The notes below the pieces were generated by a model. It was not told where the DNA came from, ran no database searches, and was given only the letters and a program-made list of their open reading frames with translations. From Thermodesulfobacteriota bacterium (GTDB lineage: Bacteria; Desulfobacterota; Desulfobaccia; Desulfobaccales; 0-14-0-80-60-11), in contig JBFLZI010000003.1 of the NCBI GenBank assembly GCA_040756315.1, positions 1-56,232 of the forward strand: 56,232 nucleotides of DNA, read 5' to 3'. Below, one piece after another: positions 39,381-48,072 of this stretch. Position numbers and translations under genes: made by a program. Positions within the stretch are counted from its first letter, which is position 1, and every line of letters starts with the position of its first letter.

Positions 39381-41636
39381 ATGAAGCAAGACGTGGCTTC
39401 ACCAGAATCCATTGAGGAACTGTTCGCTCAGGGCGATTACGTTACCGTGGCCCGCACCGGCAGCCGGGAGCACTGGCAAACCTATGCCGCCCTGGGGTTG
39501 ATCGGCAGGACTTCGGAGGCGGTGGCCGGCCTGGTTGATTTCCCTAAACCTGAGCCCCGCTTTTATCTGGCCGTGGCTCACTGGATGGGGGGCGAAGAGG
39601 AGTCGGCCCTAAAGATCCTGGAGAAAAATCCTCTGCCCCAGGCGCAGAACCTGGCGAAGCTTATCCGCAAACCCCGGATTCAGGTGCTGGCCCAACTGCC
39701 CTGGACCCGTTATCCGCCCCATGATTTATTGACGGCCATCCACCGGGACCAGAAGTTTAAAGTCCAAAACATCAGCTTCCATGAGGACGACCTGCCTAAC
39801 CGGCCTTATGCCGACATCACCAGGTTCTACGAGGCCGCTAATCCCCCGGATTTCTATGTCTGCGCCATGGTGGAGTGGCATGTCATTCCTCCCAATCTGC
39901 CCCGGTTACCCTGTCCCATTTTAGGCCAAACGGGCGACTATGACCTGCACATTCAGACGGTCTATCCCTGGCTGCGAATCTTTGATGAGATCCTCGTTAC
40001 CGACCAGACGGAGTGGCAAGACGTTAAACGATTAGTCCGGAATCCGGTGTCAACTTTTCCCAAAACCTTCGGTATTGATGAAAATCTCCCCTTATTCGGT
40101 TATAAACCCCGCCTGATTGACGTCTTCCATTCCGGTTCCTTATTGCACCCCTATTTCGATAAGACCGAGATCTTTCAACAGATTCTGCGTATTCCCGAGA
40201 TTAATCCCTTTTTTATTGACGGGTTTATTTCCAAGGAAGCGTATTTTGAGAACCTGGCCACCTCCAAAATGTGTGTCAATTATTTACGACACCCGGGAGC
40301 CACCTCGACCAGAGCTTTAGAGGCGCTGAGTATGGGCTGTGTTGCCCTGGTGCAGGATGGCAGTGTCTTGGAGCTTTATGTGGGAGAGCAGGAGGGGCTG
40401 TTAAGCTTTAAGTCGGCCGACCGTGACCTGGTGTCCACCATTCGCCGGGTGTTGGATAATTGGCCGGAATTTGAACAGCGGGCCCTCCGGGGGGCCGCCA
40501 TTATCCGCCGGGATTTTGTCTTACCCAGAGTGGCCTCGCAGTACATGCGGTTTATGACCTTCCTCGCGGCCAGGCCCCGTCCACCCCGCCAGGTGAAAGA
40601 GACCGGATTATTAAAGCAGAAGCGCAGCATCTTATGGAAGGGGTGGCTGCCGGCCCCAAAATCCACCCGGAAGATGCTGCTTCACAACCTGGCCAAATGG
40701 CAACCCCGATTAAAAAGCGAGACCACCCCAAATCTTTCCATCGATATGGCGCGAGAAGTAATTTTAGATCAGGCCCAGAGAACTCTGGACAATTCCTACA
40801 AAATCTCTGTCAAAGATTTCCTGAAAGATGTCATCACCCTTCTTTCTTTAATAAAGCGAACCATCATGCAGGTGCTCCTCATGGGCCGGCGTCTTCTGCC
40901 AATCCGCTATAATCTCTTAATCGGCAAACACTTGATGATCCCCCGGGTCCTCAAAGTCTATCAGGCCGGCCTGAAGCAGTTCCCCGACTCCTTGGTGCTG
41001 CGGTTTGATTTGATCAGGGGCATGCTGCACTTGGGTCGTCCCCAAGACGTCTCCTATGCCCTGGAACTCCTGGAGGAAACCATTAACGCGCCCCGGTCAA
41101 AATGGCAGATAGATGTCATGGAGGACGTCTATCCCTATGATTTTTGCAGCAGCTTTTTCAACTACCGCAAATATTTTGATTTAGTCACGGAGCATTTGAT
41201 GTCCGGCAGGCCGGTGCAGGATGATCTCGCCAGACTGATTCTGGCTTCCTTGTACTACTATCTGGGGCACTATTCCAACAGCGTGGATCATTTCCACCGG
41301 GCGACACAGCTCGATCCGGACTTCCCCTTCTACCAACTGGCTTATGCCCACCAATTAATCAAGGGGGGGGAACCCGGCGATTATGACCGGGCCGGCCGGC
41401 TCTTAACCCGGCTGGCCGAGAGTTCCATTCTTTTCCAAGAGGCCTTCGATCTGCTGAAGGAGCTTGATTCCCAAGACCTTTATACCTGCCCCCGGATGGC
41501 GGAGTTGACCGCGGTCATTAACAAGGCCCAGCGTAGCTTAAGGCGCCAGGAAGACTTGCGGTCAGTCCCCTTGCAGCCCAGGCTCGCCGCTGATCCTGCC
41601 GCGCCCGGGGCGAAGAAACTCTCCCAGCCGGAATAA
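39381..41636 (+). CDS. Putative GT-B glycosyltransferase (CgeB/Glyco_trans_1_2-like) with helical/TPR regions
   Basis: DV.HSG, Y.ENLA.SK..VN, R.LEALSMGC and ...IRRVL...E....A.RG motifs; C-terminal TPR-like segments. Confidence 0.6.
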   Translation: MKQDVASPESIEELFAQGDYVTVARTGSREHWQTYAALGLIGRTSEAVAGLVDFPKPEPRFYLAVAHWMGGEEESALKILEKNPLPQAQNLAKLIRKPRIQVLAQLPWTRYPPHDLLTAIHRDQKFKVQNISFHEDDLPNRPYADITRFYEAANPPDFYVCAMVEWHVIPPNLPRLPCPILGQTGDYDLHIQTVYPWLRIFDEILVTDQTEWQDVKRLVRNPVSTFPKTFGIDENLPLFGYKPRLIDVFHSGSLLHPYFDKTEIFQQILRIPEINPFFIDGFISKEAYFENLATSKMCVNYLRHPGATSTRALEALSMGCVALVQDGSVLELYVGEQEGLLSFKSADRDLVSTIRRVLDNWPEFEQRALRGAAIIRRDFVLPRVASQYMRFMTFLAARPRPPRQVKETGLLKQKRSILWKGWLPAPKSTRKMLLHNLAKWQPRLKSETTPNLSIDMAREVILDQAQRTLDNSYKISVKDFLKDVITLLSLIKRTIMQVLLMGRRLLPIRYNLLIGKHLMIPRVLKVYQAGLKQFPDSLVLRFDLIRGMLHLGRPQDVSYALELLEETINAPRSKWQIDVMEDVYPYDFCSSFFNYRKYFDLVTEHLMSGRPVQDDLARLILASLYYYLGHYSNSVDHFHRATQLDPDFPFYQLAYAHQLIKGGEPGDYDRAGRLLTRLAESSILFQEAFDLLKELDSQDLYTCPRMAELTAVINKAQRSLRRQEDLRSVPLQPRLAADPAAPGAKKLSQPE

Positions 41637-41706
41637 ATTTCGCCCCCAGCCCGCGCTCTCCCACCGGAAGAGATCCCATCCCGATTCGGTGCGCCCCGCC
41701 TCTTCA

Positions 41707-41853
41707 TGTCTCCTTTTTAGGATATTTGTCTCTTCCTCAAGACATTTGTCCTTTTCTCAAGAAAATCTCTGGTCCGCTTAATTCCCCCAAGAAGCATAAC
41801 TAATTGATATATTAGCTATTATTCTTTCTCACGCCAATGGCATAACCTTTGTA
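41707..41853 (+). promoter_or_regulatory. sigma54 promoter module: three tandem enhancer sites, an IHF site and a -24/-12 element
   Basis: 20-bp-period TGTC-N10-GA(C/T/A)A at 41707, 41727 and 41747; IHF consensus TATCAATTAGTTA (minus strand, 41797-41809); TGGCATAACCTTTGTA at 41838-41853 (GT instead of GC at -12). Confidence 0.65.
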
Positions 41854-41879
41854 TTATCAGGTCGGCGGGAGAGACCGAG

Positions 41880-42302
41880 ATGAGATTGCTTTTTTACACC
41901 AGCCAAGGCGACCGCCGGATGAAATGGCTGGAGCAGAGACTGACCGGCTTCAGGCCATTAAACATTGAAATTTGCCGGGACCTGGACACCCTGGAGGGGG
42001 GCCTCCGGCAACTAGGCGGGGAGATGGTCTTAGCCGTGCTCCTTACCATCAGTCAGGAAGAACTCCAGGAGGTGATGACGCTTAAGCCCTGGCTCCAGGG
42101 CAAACCCTTAATCCTTATCTTGCCGGATAGAAATAGAGACACCATTGCCAAAGGCCACGTCCTGGCGCCCAGGTATTTAGCCGGCCTTCAAGATGACTTT
42201 CAAGAGATCTACGAAGTTTTAAATAAGATGTTGGAAATCTATTTGCGGCAAGATGAAGGTCATGGGCGCAGGCAAGTTAACGGCTTGGCCCCCTATTTAT
42301 AA
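41880..42302 (+). CDS. Hypothetical protein, possible degenerate receiver-like alpha/beta fold
   Basis: Alternating beta/alpha pattern (MRLLFY, LAVLL, PLILILPD, LAPRYL) without the acidic phospho-pocket; first gene behind the sigma54 promoter. Confidence 0.55.
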   Translation: MRLLFYTSQGDRRMKWLEQRLTGFRPLNIEICRDLDTLEGGLRQLGGEMVLAVLLTISQEELQEVMTLKPWLQGKPLILILPDRNRDTIAKGHVLAPRYLAGLQDDFQEIYEVLNKMLEIYLRQDEGHGRRQVNGLAPYL

Positions 42303-42393
42303 TACCGCACTTCCAGCGAGGAGGTGGCAGCAATAAAAATAAATCATCTAATCGGTAATTTAATCCCAGATTAATTACTTGAAGGAGATCAGG

Positions 42394-44400
42394 ATGAAAA
42401 ACATGAAACTGGGAACCAAAATGCTTCTGTCGTTTTCAGTGGTGGCGTTAATCACCCTAATACTGGGCATCGTGGGGTTCTATAGCACCACCCAGGGAGT
42501 TAAGGCCATCAACGAGATCGGCAGCGTACAACTGGTCAGTGTGGACAACTTGCTCATCCTTAAGGAGAACGCCGAAAACATCCGGGGCACGGTGCGTACC
42601 CTGGCCATTCCCGGCCTACCGGTGGAAGTCCGCCAACGGCAGTATAAGAACCTGGAAAAGGCCCGGCAAGAGTATGGAAAGGCGTGGAAGCTCTATGAGG
42701 CGCTGCCCCAAACGCCGGAGGTGGCCGAGTTGTGGAAACGGTTCGTCCTCGTCTGGAACGCCTGGCGGGAAGAGAACCACAAAGCCATGGAAATGTCCAA
42801 ACAAATCGACCGCAACGGCATTGCCGATCCGGATGCCTTGTCGGCCCGGTTGGAACAGTTCGCCAAGGACCACTACATCCTCGTGCAACGGGTTCTCCAT
42901 CTGCTGTACGTCAAGGACGCCATGTTCCAGGGGGGTGAGGACCATACCGCCTGCAACGCCGGCAAATGGCTGCCGACGTTCAAGACCGACAACGACAGAC
43001 TGGCTAGGGAGGTACAGGCGATTGTTGAACCTCACCGGCATTTCCATGAGGCGGTGGGGAAGATCAAGCAGCTGGTCGGCAGCGGTAAGAAGGGGGAAGC
43101 CCAAGGCATCTATGAACGGGAAATGATTCCGGCCATGCAGGAGGTTTTCCAGCACTTCGACGCCATGCTGGGAGTGGCGCATGAGTCGAGAGCCCTTTTC
43201 AATCAAATGCAGGAGCTGATCCTCGGTCCGGTGATGCAGAAACAGGGAGAAGCCATCAGGATGCTGGATAAGCTTGTACAGATCAGCCAAGATAAGGCCG
43301 CCACCGAAGTCCAGCAGTCCACCACCCAAGGGGCGTTCCTGAAAGTCTTATCCCTGATCGCCATGCTGCTAGGGGTAGCCCTGGCCTTTGCCCTGGGGAT
43401 ATTCATCACCCGGTCCATCACCAAGCCCATCCAGCGGATCATTGCCGGCCTGACTGAAGGCGCCGGTCAAGTGGCCTCTGCGTCCATCCAGGTCTCCTCG
43501 GCCAGCCAGTCCCTGGCCCAAGGCTCCTCCCAGCAAGCCGCGTCTTTGGAAGAGACCTCCTCCTCCCTGGAGGAGATGGCCTCCATGACCCGGGCCAACG
43601 CGGAAAACGCCCGCCAGGCCGATGCCCTGGTGGGAGAGGCGGCTCGGGTGGTGGACACGGCCAACACTTCCATGCACGAGCTCACCGTCTCCATGCGGGA
43701 GGTGTCCGCGGCCAGCCAGGAGACCGCCAAGATCATCAAGACTATTGATGAAATCGCCTTCCAGACCAATCTTTTGGCCTTGAACGCCGCGGTGGAAGCG
43801 GCCCGGGCCGGAGAGGCCGGAGCGGGCTTCGCCGTGGTGGCGGATGAGGTGAGAAGTCTGGCCATGCGGGCCGCGGAAGCCGCCAAAAACACCGCTGACC
43901 TCATCGAAGGGACCGTGAACCGGGTTAAGGAGGGCTCAAGCTTGGTGGACCGCACTGCGGAAGCCTTCAGCCAGGTCTCAGCCAGCACCGGTAAAGTCAA
44001 GGAACTGGTGGCGGAGATCGCCGCGGCCTCCAACGAACAGTCCCAGGGAGTGGACCAGATCAATAAGGCGGTGGGCGAGATGAATAACGTCACCCAACAG
44101 GTGGCGGCCAACGCTGAAGAAAGCGCCAGCGCCTCCGAGGAACTCAACGCCCAGTCCGAGCAGATGAAAGGGGTGGTGGGAGAACTGGTAGCATTGGTGG
44201 GTGGCGGGAGCGACGGTTTTCTCGATGACGGTCACAAGGTTAAAAGGAGCCAGAAGCTCCTCCGGACGGGAATAGGCACCAAGCGCCGGAGCATCGATCT
44301 CTCTAAACCGGAGAGCAAGCTTCTGGTTCACGATCAGAAGACCAACGGCGTTACCCCGGAGCAGATCATTCCCCTGGAAAGGGATTTCAAAGAGTTCTAG
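42394..44400 (+). CDS. Methyl-accepting chemotaxis protein with 4HB plus CZB-type sensor region and C-terminal pentapeptide
   Basis: Two TMs; H...V...[10 protein letters not shown]...HRHFH; [34 protein letters not shown]; ends DFKEF; ATG at 42394 after GAAGGAG. Confidence 0.93.
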   Translation: MKNMKLGTKMLLSFSVVALITLILGIVGFYSTTQGVKAINEIGSVQLVSVDNLLILKENAENIRGTVRTLAIPGLPVEVRQRQYKNLEKARQEYGKAWKLYEALPQTPEVAELWKRFVLVWNAWREENHKAMEMSKQIDRNGIADPDALSARLEQFAKDHYILVQRVLHLLYVKDAMFQGGEDHTACNAGKWLPTFKTDNDRLAREVQAIVEPHRHFHEAVGKIKQLVGSGKKGEAQGIYEREMIPAMQEVFQHFDAMLGVAHESRALFNQMQELILGPVMQKQGEAIRMLDKLVQISQDKAATEVQQSTTQGAFLKVLSLIAMLLGVALAFALGIFITRSITKPIQRIIAGLTEGAGQVASASIQVSSASQSLAQGSSQQAASLEETSSSLEEMASMTRANAENARQADALVGEAARVVDTANTSMHELTVSMREVSAASQETAKIIKTIDEIAFQTNLLALNAAVEAARAGEAGAGFAVVADEVRSLAMRAAEAAKNTADLIEGTVNRVKEGSSLVDRTAEAFSQVSASTGKVKELVAEIAAASNEQSQGVDQINKAVGEMNNVTQQVAANAEESASASEELNAQSEQMKGVVGELVALVGGGSDGFLDDGHKVKRSQKLLRTGIGTKRRSIDLSKPESKLLVHDQKTNGVTPEQIIPLERDFKEF

Positions 44401-44523
44401 GCTCGGATTTGCACCTCTCACGGCTTAACGGTATAGAAGCTACCAGATCCGACCAGGTAGGGGACCCAGGCACTGGAGGTCTGGGTCTCGAATGCCTTTA
44501 GCAGTAGAGGAGGAGATTGACCA

Positions 44524-45039
44524 ATGGCCAAAACGGCAGCAACGCTGAACCAGGAAAGCAGTGCCCTCCAGGCCCAGGAGGGCAAATATCTTACCTTTAA
44601 CCTGGACCAGGAAGGTTATGGCATCGAGATCCTGAAGGTGCGGGAGATCATCGGCATCATGAACATCACTCAGATTCCCCAGATGCCGCCTTACGTCAAA
44701 GGCTTGATCAACCTTAGGGGTAAAGTCATACCGGTCATTGACCTGCGCCTCAAATTTGACTTGGCGGGCGCGGCTTATAACGACCGGACCTGCATCATCG
44801 TGGTGGAGGTGGAGAATAACGGCGGGGCCACGCTCATGGGAGTGGTGGTGGATTCAGTCTCGGAGGTGTTGAATATCAATGCCGAAGATATTGAACCATC
44901 GCCCCGTTTCGGCACCCTAGTGGCCACCGACTATATTATGGGAATGGCTAAAACCAAAGGGGGCTTAAAAACCTTGCTGGACCTGCATCGGGTGCTGACC
45001 ACCAATGAGTTGGCCGCTCTTAAGGAGTTGGCTACTTGA
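44524..45039 (+). CDS. cheW: Chemotaxis coupling protein CheW
   Basis: YLTF.L..E.YGIEILKVREI, GLINLRGKVIPVIDLR and G.VVDSVSEV motifs. Confidence 0.95.
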   Translation: MAKTAATLNQESSALQAQEGKYLTFNLDQEGYGIEILKVREIIGIMNITQIPQMPPYVKGLINLRGKVIPVIDLRLKFDLAGAAYNDRTCIIVVEVENNGGATLMGVVVDSVSEVLNINAEDIEPSPRFGTLVATDYIMGMAKTKGGLKTLLDLHRVLTTNELAALKELAT

Positions 45040-45198
45040 ATTAAAGGGTCTGCAGGACGTTATCTATCAGTTGACCAAAATTACGGGGCTGAAATAGCTG
45101 TTGATAGTGAAGATAAATTATTCAGGACGGGGGCTGCCGGCCGGATAAAGGCGGCGTGACCTTAACTTAGTAAAAACAATAAATGCCCCACAGGAGGA

Positions 45199-45660
45199 AT
45201 GGCTATGGCTACGGTGGAATGGCTGACTTTTTCCGAAATGGCCCGCAAAGCCGCCATGACTGAATCGGAAGTCAGAAAAATAGTCAGAGACTTTGGCCAC
45301 ATACTCTGCGCCCGGCAATTCGGCGATATCATGAAATATCCCCTGGAGGCGGTGGAATTGATATCTCTGATCAAAAGACGCGCCGAGGAAGGCTGGTCTC
45401 TGGAGAATTTGCGAAGTCTCATAACCAAAGGTTACCGGGAGACTTTCGAGGTTAAAATGCCCAGTCTCCAGTCACTCTACGGCGAATTATTGCTGATGAT
45501 TAATGCCTTGATGGGGAATCTGATCCCGGCTTTTCAGAAAATGCAGGAGACGATGCAATTTATGGAGGACTTTATCGACGGGGTGACCCCCTTGATTGCC
45601 AGGGTGACGGCTCAAGAAGATGAGATCAGGGCCTTAAAGGCCAGGATCGGTGTGATTTAG
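45199..45660 (+). CDS. Hypothetical protein with N-terminal MerR-like HTH and coiled-coil tail
   Basis: LTFSEMARKAAMTESEVRK...Y..EAVELI..IK....EGWSLENL pattern; AGGAGG SD. Confidence 0.55.
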   Translation: MAMATVEWLTFSEMARKAAMTESEVRKIVRDFGHILCARQFGDIMKYPLEAVELISLIKRRAEEGWSLENLRSLITKGYRETFEVKMPSLQSLYGELLLMINALMGNLIPAFQKMQETMQFMEDFIDGVTPLIARVTAQEDEIRALKARIGVI

Positions 45661-45816
45661 CCGAAAGGGCCGGGAAAAACTGCCGGCTTTTGCCCTGGCC
45701 GTTCTCCGGTGGGTTCGCCGCGCCTCAGGGGCAGAAGTCTTGCGCCCGGGTACTGCCAGGCCAGCTCTGTATTAAACTGCTGGTCGGATTAAACTAAGAA
45801 ACTAAAGGAACGCACT

Positions 45817-46215
45817 ATGGACACCAAGATTGATTTCCGGACAAAAATATTGGTGGTGGACCATTTCTCCGCCATGAGAAAGATAATCCGCAATATTCTT
45901 AAGCAGATCGGCTTTAATGAGATCGCCGAGGCGGACGACGGTTCTTCCGCCCTGACGATCATCGACCAGGAAAACATCGGCTTGGTGCTGACTGACTGGC
46001 ATCTGCCCCAGATAAGTGGCCTTGAATTACTCAGGAGAATCCGTCACAACGACGCCACCCACCATATTCCGGTATTGATGGTGACCGCGGACGGCAAAAA
46101 AGAAAATATTGTGGAAGCGGTTAAGGCCGGAGTGGACAATTTCGTGGTCAAACCTTTCACCGCCAGTACCGTCAAGGAGAAGGTCGAGCAGGTCTTAGCC
46201 AAACGCCACCCTTAA
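45817..46215 (+). CDS. cheY: CheY-like single-domain response regulator
   Basis: KILVVDHFSAMRKII, LTDWHLP.ISGLELL, PVLMVTA and VKPFTA motifs; near MCP and cheW. Confidence 0.85.
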   Translation: MDTKIDFRTKILVVDHFSAMRKIIRNILKQIGFNEIAEADDGSSALTIIDQENIGLVLTDWHLPQISGLELLRRIRHNDATHHIPVLMVTADGKKENIVEAVKAGVDNFVVKPFTASTVKEKVEQVLAKRHP

Positions 46216-46267
46216 GTGGTGGAGAGACAGCACCGGATGGAAGTAAATGATCTCAAGTTATTAAAGA

Positions 46268-46399
46268 AGCGAGATTCTTCGCTCTATATGGAAATGTAGC
46301 GCCGCCGCCTCGGCGGCGCCTAAACCGCCAAGGGCGGCGGTTCTACAATTTCATGGTCTGTGGCGAGCTTTAGGTCGTGGTGGTTTGCTCAGGATGACA
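46268..46399. repeat. Nested REP-like cluster: GTAG...CTAC palindrome pair inside a split GAGATTCTTCGC...GCTCAGGATGACA repeat
   Basis: GTAGCGCCGCCGCCTCGGCGGCGC at 46296 through GGCGGCGGTTCTAC ending 46346; flanking halves at 46271 and 46387. Confidence 0.55.
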
Positions 46400-46437
46400 T
46401 TGAAAGCGTCCAAGAGGTTTTGCCCTAGCTTCCAAAT

Positions 46438-46527
46438 TACACCATTTTTACTTTCAAATGTTACAAATCATGCTTGCAACTTATTGATAAACTTTAATTT
46501 TTTAACCGAAAACTGAAAACGGTATTA
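46438..46527. repeat. Second (inverted) copy of the MITE-like element at 8924-9020
   Basis: ACCATTTTTACTTTCAAATGTTACAAATCATGCTTGCAACTTATTGATAA...AACCGAAAACTGAAAACGGTATTA aligns to the reverse complement of 8924-9020 with scattered mismatches. Confidence 0.75.
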
Positions 46528-46592
46528 GAGCGGCCGGTCCGGATCAGAAGCGGGTATCTCAAGGCCGTTCTTAAGGGGGATGATAAAAAATT

Positions 46593-46621
46593 TTGCTTTG
46601 TCAGATTAATTGACTTATAAT
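46593..46621 (+). promoter_or_regulatory. sigma70 promoter of the leader-mvhD-fdh operon
   Basis: TTGCTT (46593-98)-N17-TATAAT (46616-21). Confidence 0.75.
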
Positions 46622-46653
46622 TGCGAAAATTTTCCCAAAGGAGGTGATCCCAG

Positions 46654-46788
46654 GTGCATCGGCTCATAGCCATGGTTCGCAGAAAATCCTGAAGCCCAGG
46701 TATACGGGGGGTCTTGGCAAGACCCGCATTACCCAGCCGCTGGATGAGGCCGGGGCAGATCGCCTGGGATAAGGACCGCCAGAATTAA
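46654..46788 (+). CDS. Unannotated leader ORF with in-frame UGA (putative Sec at codon 13): MHRLIAMVRRKS(U)SPGIRGVLARPALPSRWMRPGQIAWDKDRQN
   Basis: Full anti-SD complement AAAGGAGGTGATCC at 46637-50; GTG at 46654; TGA at 46690-92; frame open to TAA at 46786-88. Confidence 0.6.
46709..46725 (+). promoter_or_regulatory. Bacterial SECIS-like hairpin
   Basis: GGGTCTT-GGC-AAGACCC, a perfect 7-bp stem with a G-first loop starting 23 nt after the UGA. Confidence 0.55.
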
Positions 46789-47045
46789 GTTCCTTTAAAC
46801 CTCGCTTTTTCCCCTTCCTCAGGCAAACCTCCGTTACCCGTCTTCACTCCAGCTTCTTTCATGGGACCAGCATACCTGGAGCCGGTTCCCGGCGGAAGAC
46901 CGTCCTTTTTCCCTGGTCAGGCGGTATTCGCCGGCTGTTCCCAGTTTACCTTTTGGCGGCGTTGAGGGTGATACAGCTCCCCTGACCCTTCTGCTTCAGC
47001 TTCCGGGGTGAAGTGTCTCATCTCCTCGCCATGAAGGAGTAGCGG

Positions 47046-47510
47046 ATGACTAAAGAATATTATCCCAAAGTTATCGGCTTCTGCTGCCGCTGGTGCTCCT
47101 ATGCCGGCGCGGACCTGGCCGGGGCCATGCGTCTGCAATATCCCGCCAATATCCGGATCGTCAAAGTGCCCTGCACCGGGCGGGTGGAAACTCTCAATTT
47201 GTTGCAAGCCTTTGAGGCCGGGGCCGACGCCGTCTTTGTTTCAGGCTGTCATGAAGGGGATTGCCATTATCTCACCGGCAACCTCTTTGCCCGGAAACGG
47301 GTGGCCCGGGTAAAAGAAATTCTGGCGGAGATAGGCCTGGAGCCGGAACGCCTGGAAATGTTTCACGTCTCGGCCTCGGAGGGGCCGAAATTCGCCGCCG
47401 TGGCTCGGGAGATGACCGAGCGGGCTTATAAGCTGGGGCCGAACCCGGCGAGGCGGGAAGCCAGACTAGCCTGGCGGGCCGGCGAACCGGCGGTTATTAT
47501 CACCGCCTGA
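47046..47510 (+). CDS. mvhD: Hydrogenase/Hdr-associated [2Fe-2S] subunit MvhD (FlpD), Cys form, copy 1
   Basis: FCCRWCSYAGADLAG, VPCTGRV, GADAVFVSGCHEGDCHY..GN and GLEPERLEM motifs. Confidence 0.92.
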   Translation: MTKEYYPKVIGFCCRWCSYAGADLAGAMRLQYPANIRIVKVPCTGRVETLNLLQAFEAGADAVFVSGCHEGDCHYLTGNLFARKRVARVKEILAEIGLEPERLEMFHVSASEGPKFAAVAREMTERAYKLGPNPARREARLAWRAGEPAVIITA

Positions 47511-47532
47511 AGCAATAGGGAAAGGAGAAGCA

Positions 47533-47997
47533 ATGGGTTCAGACTATTACCCGAAGATCTTGGGATTTTGTTGCCGCTGGTGCTCCTATGCCGGCGCGGA
47601 CCTGGCCGGGGCCATGCGCCTGCAATATCCTCCCTCCGTAAAAATCATGATGGTGCCCTGCACCGGGCGGGTGGACATCCTGCACCTGGTCAAGGCCTTT
47701 GAGGCGGGGGCGGACGCGGTCTTTGTCTCCGGTTGCCATGAGGGCGACTGCCACTATCTCACCGGCAATATCCAGGCCCGCAAGCGGGTGGACAAACTGA
47801 AAAAGGACCTGGCGGCCTTAGGCATTGAACCGGAGCGCCTGGAGATGTTCCACGTCAGTTCCGGGGAAGGCCCCAAATTCGCGGCGGTGTGCCGGGAGAT
47901 GACGGAGCGGGCCTTGAAGCTGGGTCCCAGCCCGGTGAGACGGGAAGCCCGCAAAGCCTGGGAAGCGGCGCAGCCAGCCGCGGCCACGGCTGGGTGA
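47533..47997 (+). CDS. mvhD: MvhD (FlpD), Cys form, copy 2
   Basis: Same motifs as copy 1; AAGGAG SD. Confidence 0.92.
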   Translation: MGSDYYPKILGFCCRWCSYAGADLAGAMRLQYPPSVKIMMVPCTGRVDILHLVKAFEAGADAVFVSGCHEGDCHYLTGNIQARKRVDKLKKDLAALGIEPERLEMFHVSSGEGPKFAAVCREMTERALKLGPSPVRREARKAWEAAQPAAATAG

Positions 47998-48072
47998 AGG
48001 CCAAACCCAGGTCGTAGGTTCGTATTGAGCTGGCTTTGAAAAGAAACTCAGAGAGTGAGGGGGACTTACCCT

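Noticed and set aside
46637-46658. AAAGGAGGTGATCC matches the reverse complement of the 16S rRNA 3' end
   Set aside because: The flanking sequence does not continue as 16S rDNA. Its position between a promoter and a GTG fits an extended Shine-Dalgarno.
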